In this document: positions 43,891 to 54,332 of the stretch, one piece after another | Layout: every line of letters starts with the position of its first letter | Position numbering within the stretch: the stretch's first letter is position 1 | Assembly: GCA_963785305.1 (NCBI GenBank) | Contig: CAWAUV010000006.1 | Location: 32,001 to 96,000 of the forward strand | Origin: an uncultured Planctomycetaceae bacterium | GTDB taxonomy: Bacteria > Planctomycetota > Planctomycetia > Pirellulales > PALSA-1355 | DNA: 64,000 nucleotides | Direction of reading: 5' to 3' | Program-made: the position numbers and the translations under genes | The notes under the pieces: model-generated | Seen by the model: only the letters and a program-made list of their open reading frames with translations | Database searches by the model: none | What the model was told of the DNA's origin: nothing

Positions 43891-45353
43891 TTCAAGTTTC
43901 GCGTTTTTTGCTAGCGGACCCCGACCGTAGCGGGGATTGAAAAACAGGGTGAGCCTCCCTCACGATGCAGGTGTTGTTCAAACACTGCTTCGCTCGGGAG
44001 GCTCACATGAATCTTGTTAGCTCGTTTGCGGTTTTGTTGCAAGAGTTGGCTGTCGTCATGACCGAGCCGACGTTCCAGAATTTTGTGGTCCTCGCCACGG
44101 GCTGGGTGTTCGCGCCGCGGCGCACCGTGACGAATCTGCTGCTGGCGGCCGGCGTGTCTGGCCAGCGGCATCATTCCGCGTTTCATCGTTTTTTCTCGGA
44201 AGCCAACTGGTCTCGCGATGCGTTGGGGCTGGCTGTCTTTCGACTGATCGAGTCGTTGTGTGGCGAAGGCGTGCTGCTCGCGCTCGACGACACATTGGCC
44301 CGCAAGCGTGGACTGAAAATGTTCGGGACCGGGATGCATCACGATCCGCTGCTCTCCAGCCGCAGCCATGTGGTGACCAATTGGGGGCACTGTTGGGTCG
44401 TGCTGTGCGTGGTGGTCCGCTTTCCCTTGTGGCCCGAGCGACCTTTCAGCCTGCCGATCTTGTTTCGCTTGTATCTGAACAAGAAACGGGCGGCGAAAGA
44501 ACGTCGCGTCTATCGCAGCAAGCCCGAGTTGGCGGTGGAGTTGCTGCGAATTCTCTGCAAACACCGGGCGAATCGGCGATTTCATGTGGTGGCGGACTCC
44601 GCCTATGGCGGGCAGAGCGTGCTGGGCCAACTGCCGACCAACTGCGACTTGACCAGCCGCTTGCGGCTGGACGCTCGGTTGTTCGACGCGCCACAGGCGG
44701 CGCAGTCTGGACGGAAAGGACGCCCGCGCAAGCGTGGCGCCCAGCTTCCCACGCCCGAGCGAATGCTCGACGAGCGTGCCCGGCGAGTGGAGCTTCATAT
44801 CTATGGCCGCCATGAGTTGGCCCGGCTGTGCGAAGCGGTGGGGCGCGTCTTCGCGTTGCCGGAGCGCGCGTTGCGGGTGGTGGCCGTGGAGGCGTTGGCC
44901 GGCGGTCGTGGTCGCGAAGCTTTTTACTCGACGCGCGTCGACGCCACGGCCGAGCAGGTGCTGACTTGGTATGCGATGCGGTGGAGCGTGGAAGTCACAT
45001 TCCGCGAAAGCAAGCAGCACTTGGGCTTCGAAGAGCCGCAAGGTTGGACTCGCCAGGCCGTCGAGCGCACGGCGCCGATGGCGATGCTGCTGTATAGCTT
45101 GATCGTGTGCTGGTACTGTCGGGAAGGTCATCGTCATTACCGTCAACTATTGCGGCCGTGGTACACGACCAAGACTCACGAATCATTCGCCGACATGTTG
45201 GCGACGCTACGTCGGTGTAGCCTGAAAGAATCCGTTTCCGCGTGGGCGCCACAAGGACCAGGAAGTCGAAAAATCATCCAGTTGGTCGAGAATATCCTGG
45301 CAATCGCCGCATAATACCCGCGCCGCTTGCTAGCAAAAAACGCGAAACTTGAA
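43891..45353 (+). mobile_element. IS701-like insertion sequence, 1463 bp
   Basis: Perfect 25-bp TIRs (43891-43915, 45329-45353); 5-bp TSD cttcc (43886-43890 / 45354-45358); single transposase ORF. Confidence 0.93.
44007..45314 (+). CDS. DDE transposase (IS701/IS4 superfamily)
   Basis: GGGAGG RBS; LALDDT, VVADSAYG, YAMRWSVEVTFRESK (Y-2-R-3-E-6-K signature). Confidence 0.92.
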   Translation: MNLVSSFAVLLQELAVVMTEPTFQNFVVLATGWVFAPRRTVTNLLLAAGVSGQRHHSAFHRFFSEANWSRDALGLAVFRLIESLCGEGVLLALDDTLARKRGLKMFGTGMHHDPLLSSRSHVVTNWGHCWVVLCVVVRFPLWPERPFSLPILFRLYLNKKRAAKERRVYRSKPELAVELLRILCKHRANRRFHVVADSAYGGQSVLGQLPTNCDLTSRLRLDARLFDAPQAAQSGRKGRPRKRGAQLPTPERMLDERARRVELHIYGRHELARLCEAVGRVFALPERALRVVAVEALAGGRGREAFYSTRVDATAEQVLTWYAMRWSVEVTFRESKQHLGFEEPQGWTRQAVERTAPMAMLLYSLIVCWYCREGHRHYRQLLRPWYTTKTHESFADMLATLRRCSLKESVSAWAPQGPGSRKIIQLVENILAIAA

Positions 45354-45585
45354 CTTCCTGTTCGCCGGCGTGATTGCCGCAATGGCGGAAGCGAATTGAC
45401 ACTGCGGCTGGGGCCATGAAAAACTTGAAAGGTCGTGATATGATAATCCATCTGGCGATTAAATTCACCCGGCCGCCTGGGTTCTTGACCGAAGCAGTCT
45501 CGAATATCCGCGTGTGGTTTCGCCAGCCGCGTTTTGATCCTCCAGTCCTCGCCAATGCCCTCGTCCGAAAGTCGAAACACCGTTC

Positions 45586-46632
45586 ATGTCCTATTTTCGG
45601 CCCGAAATCGAACGCATGGCCGGTTACGCGCCCGGCGAGCAGCCGCAAGGCGGCAAGTTCATCAAGCTCAACACCAACGAATGCCCCTACCCGGCCTCGC
45701 CGGCCGTGGCCCGAGCCATTGCCGCCACGCTCGAGCGCGGCCTGGCTCGATATCCCGACCCAACGGCCGACGCTTTCCGCCGCCGCGCTGGCGAGGTGCT
45801 CGGGTTCGAACCCAATTGGATTCTATGCGGCAATGGCAGCGACGACCTGCTCACGATCGTGACTCGCGCCTTCGTGGGCCAAGGCCAGTCGCTGCGGTTG
45901 CCCTACCCGAGCTATGCTCTTTATCGCACTCTCGCCCAACTGCAGGGCGCCGAGCCCGAGGATGTCCCTTTCCACCGGGACTGGACTCTGGGCGATGATT
46001 TTGCCCGCGCGAGCGACCGGCTGCGGCTGGTGTTCCTGCCAAATCCGAATAGCCCCAGCGGCACGGTGCTGCCGCCGGAGCGGGTCTTGGAACTTGCGGA
46101 ACAATTACCCTGCCCGCTGGTGGTCGATGAGGCTTATGCCGATTTTGCCGACGCAAACTGCCTGGAGCTCGTGCGGCGGTCGGAAAAGATCATCGTCACG
46201 CGCACCCTGAGCAAGTCGTATGCTTTGGCTGGGCTGCGATTCGGCTTCGCGGTGGCGCAGCCGCGGGTGATCGAGCAGCTTGTGAAAGTAAAAGATTCGT
46301 ACAATGTCGACTCGCTCTCGATCGCCGGCGCTACCGCCGCGATCGACGATCAGGTCTGGCTGGCCGAAAACCTGGCCAAGATTCGCGCTACCCGAAGTCG
46401 ACTGCTCGAGGGCATGCGGCGGCTGGGCTTCGCCTCGGTCGAGTCGCATGCCAATTTTGTTTGGAATCCGCATCCCGACCTGCCGGTCAAGCCGCTTTAC
46501 GAACGACTCAAAGCCAGCCAAGTGCTGGTGCGATATATGAACTATCCCGGCTGGGGCGACGGGCTGCGAATCTCGGTCGGCAGCGACGAGCAGATCGAAG
46601 CCTGCCTCGGCCTGTTGAAGAGTTTTATGTAA
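45586..46632 (+). CDS. hisC: Histidinol-phosphate aminotransferase
   Basis: [43 protein letters not shown]. Confidence 0.95.
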   Translation: MSYFRPEIERMAGYAPGEQPQGGKFIKLNTNECPYPASPAVARAIAATLERGLARYPDPTADAFRRRAGEVLGFEPNWILCGNGSDDLLTIVTRAFVGQGQSLRLPYPSYALYRTLAQLQGAEPEDVPFHRDWTLGDDFARASDRLRLVFLPNPNSPSGTVLPPERVLELAEQLPCPLVVDEAYADFADANCLELVRRSEKIIVTRTLSKSYALAGLRFGFAVAQPRVIEQLVKVKDSYNVDSLSIAGATAAIDDQVWLAENLAKIRATRSRLLEGMRRLGFASVESHANFVWNPHPDLPVKPLYERLKASQVLVRYMNYPGWGDGLRISVGSDEQIEACLGLLKSFM

Positions 46633-46673
46633 TTGCATGCGTGGAAAGAAACTTTAGATCGAACAAGCGTCCC

Positions 46674-47267
46674 ATGGCTCGCATTGCCCGCATCACGCGA
46701 AAAACCGCCGAAACCGAGATCGACCTCGAACTGAACCTCGATGGCTCGGGCCAGTCGAGCATCGCGACCGGCGTCGGTTTCTTCGACCACATGCTCACGC
46801 TCCTGGCTCGCCACGCCGCGATCGACCTCACGGTGCGCGCCCAGGGCGATTTGCATGTCGATCAACATCACACGGTCGAAGATGTGGGCATCGCCCTGGG
46901 GCAGGCGATTCGGCAAGCGCTCGGCGAAAAGGCCGGCATCCGTCGCTATGGCCACTTCACCGCGCCGATGGAAGAAACGCTCGTGACCACGGCGATCGAT
47001 CTGAGCGGGCGCTATTTCCTGCTGTTCGACGTAAAATTCCCCAGCCCCAAGATCGGCGATTTCGATAGCGAACTGGTCGAGGATTTTTGGCAAGCCACCG
47101 CGGCCAACGCGCTTTGCAATCTGCATGTGCTGCTGCACCACGGTCGCAACAGCCACCACATCAGCGAAGGGGTGTTCAAGACCACGGCCCGCGCCCTGCG
47201 CATGGCGGTGGAAAGCGATCCGCGGATGAGCGGCGTGCCGAGCACCAAGGGCACATTGAGCGGTTGA
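46674..47267 (+). CDS. hisB: Imidazoleglycerol-phosphate dehydratase
   Basis: [30 protein letters not shown]. Confidence 0.97.
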   Translation: MARIARITRKTAETEIDLELNLDGSGQSSIATGVGFFDHMLTLLARHAAIDLTVRAQGDLHVDQHHTVEDVGIALGQAIRQALGEKAGIRRYGHFTAPMEETLVTTAIDLSGRYFLLFDVKFPSPKIGDFDSELVEDFWQATAANALCNLHVLLHHGRNSHHISEGVFKTTARALRMAVESDPRMSGVPSTKGTLSG

Positions 47268-47446
47268 GAAGTCGCCCGGGTCTGGCGGAGCGCAATGATG
47301 CCCCGCGTGGGTTTTCCGCCCGTTTTTCGCATTGACATTGCTCTGGCTCCGACGCGCGAGCTGTGCTAGAGTCTGGCCCGGATTGCCGAGGTTTTGAGTT
47401 CTTCCCGCCGCGCACCGGCGGCCTAGATTTCCCACCCCGACCAAGG

Positions 47447-48160
47447 ATGGTCTCTCGCATGGATTCCCCTCGCGCCAAGGCCGGCTCGCGCGCCGCGAAA
47501 TTACGAGCAACCGGTCCCGCGTCCACGCCCGGCGGTTTGTTGCGCATCGACCCCGGCTCCGATCGGCCAGCGCCGCCGCGAACCAACCACGCGATTCGCC
47601 TCGTCGATATTTTGCTCGCCGGCGCTCTGCTGGTCGCCCTTGCCGCGCCGCTGCTGGTGGTGGCGTTGTTGGTGCGGCTCACGAGTCGCGGGCCCGTGTT
47701 TTATTTTCAGGAACGCGTCGGGCTGGCCGGCCGACGATTTCGGTTGATTAAATTTCGCACGATGCGCATTGATGCCGAAGAGGCCAGCGGACCGGTGTGG
47801 GCTCGCCGCGGCGACGACCGCTGCACGCCGCTCGGCCGCGTGTTGCGCCGCTACAGCATCGACGAAACGCCGCAATTCTGGAATGTGCTCCGCGGCGAGA
47901 TGAGCCTCGTCGGACCGCGGCCCGAGCGGCCCTTCTTCGTCAAGAAATTCGCCCATGAACTGCCGGGCTACATGGACCGGCACTTGGCGCCGCCGGGCAT
48001 TACCGGTTGGGCCCAGATCAACGGTTGCCGCGGCGACACCTCGGTGCGCCGACGACTCGAGCTCGATTTGGAATATGTCCGCCGGCGCTCGCTCGGGTTC
48101 AATCTTCGCATTCTTCTGCTCACCCCCTGGAAAGTCTTGGTGGACCGCAATGCGTATTAA
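47447..48160 (+). CDS. Bacterial sugar transferase (polyprenyl-phosphate glycosylphosphotransferase, small type)
   Basis: KFRTM, SIDETPQFWNVLRGEMSLVGPRPER, PGITGWAQING. Confidence 0.92.
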   Translation: MVSRMDSPRAKAGSRAAKLRATGPASTPGGLLRIDPGSDRPAPPRTNHAIRLVDILLAGALLVALAAPLLVVALLVRLTSRGPVFYFQERVGLAGRRFRLIKFRTMRIDAEEASGPVWARRGDDRCTPLGRVLRRYSIDETPQFWNVLRGEMSLVGPRPERPFFVKKFAHELPGYMDRHLAPPGITGWAQINGCRGDTSVRRRLELDLEYVRRRSLGFNLRILLLTPWKVLVDRNAY

Positions 48161-49914
48161 CAATGCTTGGCGACCCACATTCGAAAACGCCGGTTGGCTC
48201 GTGGTGGCCCTCGCGCTGACGATCGGACTCGAAGCCACGATCATTTCCCGGGCCGTGGCGATCAATGTCGATGGGCTCATGTTTATCGACGTGGCCCGAA
48301 ACCTGGAGCGTGATCCGCTCAAGACGATGCGCGGCCACGATCAACATCCCGGCTATCCGGCGATGATCGCGCTGGCCGAGACGCGCCATGGCGCTGGCCG
48401 GCGGCGAGCGCGGGCCGAACTTATGGACCGCGGCGACCCGGCTGGCGGCGGCGGTGTGCGGAGTGTTGAGCGTGGGCGCGATGTGGCTTTTTGCCCGGCG
48501 AATGTTCGGGCAGCAAGTGGCCAACCTCACGGCGTTGAGCATGGCGGTGCTGCCGATCTTTCGCATGAACGCCTCGGACTCGCTAAGCGACACGCCGCAC
48601 TTGGTGTTTTACCTGCTCGCGGCTTGGTGCGCCGCCGAGGGATTTACATCGGGCCGCGCTCGCTGGTGGGCGGCGACGGGGCTGGCCGGAGGACTCGCGT
48701 TTTGGGTGCGGCCCGAAGGGCTCGAAGCTCCGCTCGTGGCGGGAGTGTTGCTCGCCGCGTCGCTGGTGCTGGGACTGCGCTCGCGGCGAGAAGCGATTGG
48801 CTCGATGGCGGCCCTGGGCGCGGCGCTGATCGTGGTGGTCGGGCCCTATGTGGTGCTGGCCGGAAAGATCACGAGCAAGCAATTGCCGCTATTCAAACAT
48901 GAATCGGTTCCGCTATTCATCGTGACCGAATCGCAAGAAGCCGCGCGCATCGCGGCGAAGGAAAAGCTTCACATCGAACCCGCGGCGGTCGAGACCTCGC
49001 CCGCGGATGCTACACGCGCCGAGACTACGCCCGCCGAAACCGCGACTGCCGAGGCGGTCGCGGAGACCGCCGCGCCGCGGTCCGCGAGCATCGCCGCGCC
49101 GGCGCGTGCGGAAGTCGCGTCGTCGGCCATCTCGGGGCGCGTGGCCATGAAAGTGGCTGGCCGAGCCACGTTTACTTTCTTGCGAAACATGACCTGGGGT
49201 TTCCGCTTTGCGTTCGTGCCGCTCTATCTGCTGGGCAACTGGGAAATGCTGCGCCGCCGCGTGGCGTGGTGGAAGATCGCCCTGCCGGCCGGCATGGGCG
49301 TGCTGCATATCGCCGTGCTCTACTGGGTGTTCTTCCTTTCTGGCTATATGGATCAGCGGCATGTGATGGTGCTGGTCGCGCTGGCGCTGCCGTTTGCCGG
49401 GCTCGGCATGTGCTATGTGGCCGAAATGGCGCAGTACTATTTGCAGCCGCGAGTTTCCCAGCAAGCCGCCTTGGCCACGGTGCTCGCGCTGGCTTGCGTG
49501 GTGGTCGTGCCCCGGGCGCTCACCCCGATGAACGCCGATCTCGCGCCCGTGTTCAAGACCGCTCAATGGGTGCGCGATCACGCCGGGCCCGGCGAGGGCG
49601 TGATTTCAAACACTCCGTTCGTGGCGTTCTACGGCCAAACGTCCGGAGTGCGGCTGGCGCCCGAGACGGCGTCGATCGAAACCGCGTTGCTCGCGGGCTC
49701 GCGCGAGTTAAAGTACGACTTCGCGGTGCTCGATCTCAAAGTGGAAGGCTACCGGCCGACATGGCGCGAGCAGATCGAGCGCGAGTTCGACGAAGTGATG
49801 CGGCTCAACGACCCCAACGGCTTGGGGACCGACGTGAAGCTGCTCGTCTATCGCCGCCGAACCGCGGAAACCGCGAATGCCCAAGAAACGTCGCACGGCG
49901 CCGAACGACGCTAA
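48150..49914 (+). CDS. GT-C fold membrane glycosyltransferase (GT39/ArnT-like), frameshift near 48380
   Basis: DG..F..VA, HPGYP, SDTPHL, GLAFWVRPEG; multiple TMs. Confidence 0.75.
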
Positions 49915-49993
49915 TAGCCTATCCGACAACTCTCGCTCTCCCTTTGAGAGAGGGAAGGACGAGGGCTCGCGGAAATTCTCGGATAGGTAGTAA
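49912..49993 (-). repeat. Family A REP/MITE-like element
   Basis: tagcctatccgacaac...ctctccctttgagagaggg...ctcggataggtagtaa; starts at the GT stop codon. Confidence 0.8.
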
Positions 49994-50043
49994 GCGCGAT
50001 CGAGCTCCGCCGCCGCGCATCGTCTTCTTGATCCGACGCTTTG

Positions 50044-50910
50044 CTAATGAAACAGCTCGTCGGGCAAGAACTTCATGCCTTGCACCGAGATGCGTTCCAC
50101 GTGTTCCCACGCCACGGCGCTGACCACGAATGTGCCGTCGGCCTCTTTCACGGCCACAATCGCATAGCGATCGGTCGAGGCCTCGAAAGAATACCGGTCG
50201 GGAGCAATCACCGACCCGCCGCGCAAGTGGAGCTGCACCACCATGCCGTGCGCCCGCTGCGGCCAAAGCTCCTTGAACGCTTCGGCGAGTCCGGGCGCAT
50301 TCGCGGGAATCGGCGCCGGCGAGGCCGCGGCTTGGACGCCCGAACCGGTCAGCCGCTCCAGAAAGTCGGCCGGCAGATCGGTGCGCGCCAGGCGGTTCCT
50401 CATCGTGATGTTCTTCTTCCTCGCGATGGCGCCCGTCGTCGTCGACGTCGAGATCGTGTTCCGTGACCTCCTCGAGCTCGTCGTGCCCGTCGAGTGGTGG
50501 TTCGTGGACTTCATCGGCTTGCTGCTCGGCCAGTTCTTCGTAGTCGGGAATCACGAATCGGGCATTGCAATGCGGGCACTTGCCGGCGCGACCCTGCATC
50601 GAAGGGGGGCAATTGAGCTTGTGGCCGTTGGGGCAGAGAAACACGATCAGGTTGCTGCCCGCGGCAGCCGAGTCGTCGTCGGCGCCGATTCCCTCGGCCG
50701 CCAGCGGTCCGCTATCCGAGGGGCGCTCCCTGCGGAAGCGGCGGTGCTGCCCGACGCGACTTTGCGAACCCCCGACGATGACGCCGCGGCGGCCACTTCG
50801 GCGCTTGGCACGACAAAGGTCGCGCCACACTTGGGACACTTGCCGACATTGCCGGCCCGCTCCTCGGGACAACTGAGCCGATGCCCCTGGGGACAACGAA
50901 ATTCGATCAT
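50044..50910 (-). CDS. Hypothetical protein with two zinc-ribbon motifs, frameshift near 50430
   Basis: MIEFRCPQGH..GKCPKCG and IVFLCPNGH..GKCPHCN. Confidence 0.75.
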
Positions 50911-51190
50911 AAGCGAATGCGTGATTTAAGAACTGGGAGTTGAAAGGCGGCGGCGATGGGGCAGGCGCCAATGAACGAGCCCCGGCGATAAGTTGAATCG
51001 AGGACAGACGCCGAATTCGGTTGCTCGCGAGCGAACTGCTCGACTCGCACTCGATCGTAACTCATGCCAGGCGCAAAGCCAATAGGATTCAGGCATTCAG
51101 TTCCCGACCAAGCCGGGAGCGGCGGCGAAAAAGCAGGAAAACCGCGCGTCGCCCTGGTGTTCGGCGGGCCACATGGCCCGGCATCGCGCG

Positions 51191-51312
51191 CATAAGCCTG
51201 ATGCGCCCACGGCCTGTCGAGTACTTCAACAGGCTGGCCAGCAGCGAAGGAATCTCCTCGTTGGCGCTTCGGGCTTATGTCGGAGGAATTTCCTCGCGCG
51301 CTTCGGCCTTGT
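51191..51312. repeat. REP-like palindrome (family C) with a nested family B palindrome, plus a partial second family C arm
   Basis: cataagcctgatgcgcc ... ggcgcttcgggcttatg arms enclose gcctgtcgagtacttcaacaggc. Confidence 0.6.
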
Positions 51313-51318
51313 GGCGCC

Positions 51319-52966
51319 TCAATGTCGGCCGCCGCCGCGTTCGTCGGTGATCGCGATGGCGGTCAGCAGGCCGCGGGCTTTGTTGAGGGTTTCTTGGAAT
51401 TCCTCGCTGGGCACGCTGTCGGCCACGATGCCGGCCCCGACTTGCACATAGCACTTGGCCTCGCCCGCGCCAGACGCCGAAGGAGCTCGCTTCGCTCCCG
51501 TCGCCTTGGCGCTTTTTGCTGGCGAGCTTGTTTCCCGCGCGCTGGTTCCTTGCATGCTCGCGGCGAGCGGCAATGTTGGGGCCACCAGGGTTCTGAGGGC
51601 AATGCAGGTGTCCATGTTGCCGTTGAAGTCGACATAGCCGACGGCGCCGGCATAGGGGCCGCGGCGGTGCGGCTCGATTTCGTCGATGATCTCCATCGCG
51701 CGGCACTTTCGGCGCTCCCGACACCGTGCCCGCCGGCAGGCAGGCCCTGAGGGCGTCGAAGGCGTCGCGGCCATCGGCCAGATGGCCGGTCACGTTCGAG
51801 GTGATGTGCATTACATGGCTATAACGTTCGATCGTCATCACATCGGTGAGCTCCACCGAGCGATACCGAGCCACGCGGCCCACATCGTTGCGTCCCAGGT
51901 CGACCAACATCACATGCTCGGCGCGTTCCTTCGGGTCGGCCAAAAGCTCGACCGCCAAGCGCCGATCTTCTTCTTCGTTGGCCCCGCGGCGGCGAGTGCC
52001 GGCCAGCGGGCGCACGGTCACGCGCCCGCCCACGACTCGCACCATCACCTCGGGCGAGCTGCCCACGAGCGTCACCCGCGGAGTGCGCAGATAAAACATG
52101 AACGGGCTCGGATTCACGACCCGCAGCGTGCGATAAATCTCGAACGGATGCGAGCGAAGCGGCAGTTCGAGCCGCTGGCTGATGACCACCTGGAATATGT
52201 CACCCGCGCGAATGTACTCCACGCATCGCTCGACCGCGCTCTCGAACGCCTCGCGAGTGAAGTTCGACCGATAGTCGAGCGACGCCGGCGAGCGCGAGTC
52301 GATATCGGCCATTTCAAGCGGCGCGGCCGAAGCGCCCGGCGAGGCGCTGGAGTCGGGCGATTGTAATTGGGCCACGAGCTGGTCGACGCGCTCTTGGGCT
52401 CGCCGGTAGGCGCTGGCGGCGTCGGCGTCGGGCGCGTCGAGCCGGGCCATGGCGACCACCACCGTGGTCTTTTGCACATGGTCGAACACGATCATGTGGT
52501 CGTAAAACGCGAAGGCCAGGTCGGGTAGATTGCGGTCGTTTTCCGGCGCGTTGGGCAAATGCTCGCAGTACCGCACCACATCGTAGCCGGCATAACCCAC
52601 GGCGCCGCTCGTGAAAGGCGGCAACTCGGGCAGCGTGGCCACGCGAATCTCGGCCACGCGGCGTCGGAGCTCCTCGAGTGGATCGTCGCAGGCAAACTCT
52701 TCCCGCCGGCCGTCGCGCGTGACATGCGTCGTGGGGCCGGTGGCCTCGACTTCGAGAAACGGATCGGCCGCGAGAAAGCTATAACGGCCCACCTTCTCGC
52801 CGCCCACCACGCTCTCGAACAAACAGGCCGACGAGCCGGCGTCGATCTTGTGAAAGGCCGATACCGGAGTGAGCGTGTCGTCGAGCAAACGGCGATAGAC
52901 TGGAATCCACGCATGCTCGCGTGCCAACTGGGCAAAGGAGTCGAAATCAGGAAAATAGCGAGTCAC
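51319..52966 (-). CDS. trpE: Anthranilate synthase component I, frameshift near 51700
   Basis: [63 protein letters not shown]. Confidence 0.95.
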
Positions 52967-53182
52967 GAAAAACTGCCTCGAATCAACCAGCACAAAAGCC
53001 AAGAGCGCCACCGGCGCTCCGCGCTTGTAACTTTGTACGTGGAGCGGAGCGCGGTCGCAATATCGCGGAGCGCGGTCGCGGTCCCAGGTTCTCCGAAGAT
53101 CGGCGCCACCGCGGCCTCGTCGAAGGCCATGCGACTCGCGATGCCTTGCCGATCTAGGTCGGCGAGCCCAAATCGCTTTGCC

Positions 53183-53210
53183 TTGACAGCAGGGGGGCCA
53201 GTGATAGAAT
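53183..53210 (+). promoter_or_regulatory. Sigma70-type promoter upstream of mcsA
   Basis: TTGACA-N16-TAGAAT with TGn extended -10. Confidence 0.65.
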
Positions 53211-53410
53211 CCCCCTGGACTCTTGGAGTTAAGGCGATTGTGGCCCCCGCGCGTCGAACAGGTCGAGTGTTCCGGCGCAATCTCGCCACTCCGGGAGCGA
53301 TGGCAGGATTTCGCGGTCGTCGACCCGCGACCCATTGTCTGGTCGAGGCGGCGGGCGAATGATTGCCATGTTGCGGCATTTTTTCCCTTCCAGCGTCGAA
53401 TCGAGTCGGC

Positions 53411-53962
53411 ATGCGTTGCCAACAGTGCGATAAACCGGCCACCTATCACATCACCGAGCTCACGGGCGGCAAGCCACAAGAGCTGCATTTGTGCGAGGAA
53501 CATGCCCGGCAGTATTTGATCCAGTCCGAGGGCGAGGGCGAGTCGACGCCGACTCCGAGCTTGGCCGGCGCCCTGGCGCAGCAGCTTGCCGTGGGGCAAA
53601 CGTCGGAAGAACTGGCGCGGCTCGACCAACGGGCGTGCCCGGTATGCGGCATCACATTTTACGAGTTCCGCAATCAGGGTCGCCTGGGCTGTCCCCACGA
53701 CTATGTTTGTTTTCAAAGCGAGCTCGAGCCGCTGATCGTCAATATCCACGGCGAGACGGAGCACACCGGCAAGCGTCCGCGTCGATTTTCCGAGGGCACC
53801 GAGAGCCGCACGCAGTTGATTCGCTTGCGGCGCGAAATGAAAGAAGCGGTGGAAGCGGAGCGCTACGAGCGAGCTTCGGAGCTGCGCGATAAGATTCGCG
53901 AGACGGAAGCCGCGGACCCGCCGGCGCCACCACCGTCAACGCCACCGTCGGCGCCACCGTGA
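53411..53962 (+). CDS. mcsA: McsA, protein-arginine kinase activator (UVR domain)
   Basis: CQQC..A..H, LCEEHA, CPVCG, GRLGCPHDY, AVEAERYERASELRD. Confidence 0.92.
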   Translation: MRCQQCDKPATYHITELTGGKPQELHLCEEHARQYLIQSEGEGESTPTPSLAGALAQQLAVGQTSEELARLDQRACPVCGITFYEFRNQGRLGCPHDYVCFQSELEPLIVNIHGETEHTGKRPRRFSEGTESRTQLIRLRREMKEAVEAERYERASELRDKIRETEAADPPAPPPSTPPSAPP

Positions 53963-54037
53963 TCGCGAGCAGGCCAAGCTCGCCACCGCCTCCATTGTAA
54001 ACCGCGGTGGCATGTGGCTGGGTTCGCTGGCCCGCAA

Positions 54038-54121
54038 TTAACAGCCTATCCGAGATCTTCGGCGAGCCCTCGCCCTACCCTCTCCCAAAGGGAGAGGGGG
54101 GAGTTGTTGGATAGTCTCTAA
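54038..54121 (+). repeat. Family A REP/MITE-like element
   Basis: ttaacagcctatccgag...ccctcgccctaccctctcccaaagggagaggg...ttggatagtctctaa. Confidence 0.85.
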
Positions 54122-54332
54122 ATGAACCGAACATCGCCATCGTCCCGTGGCGCCCGTCGCAAAAGTGTAAAAGCCTCTTGGCGGAAACGCCCCGGTACAG
54201 CAAAATCAATGGCCGTGGACGAGCGCCTGCGCCAGAGTCCCCCAGCGGGGTTCCGCGACACCGCGCTCCCCAATACCGTTCACCCTAAATCGAGCGACCT
54301 CTGCTCGCCTTCGTGCGATGGGAATTTCAGCC

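Noticed and set aside
52967..53764. N-terminal extension of the 829-aa trpE ORF
   Set aside because: It overlaps mcsA on the opposite strand; TrpE homology starts at about GTG 52966.
54122..54320. Possible c-di-GMP riboswitch between mcsA and mcsB (GCAAAA, GGCGGAAACGCC)
   Set aside because: Only a short GAAA hairpin is evident and the consensus architecture could not be assembled by eye; an Rfam search would settle it.
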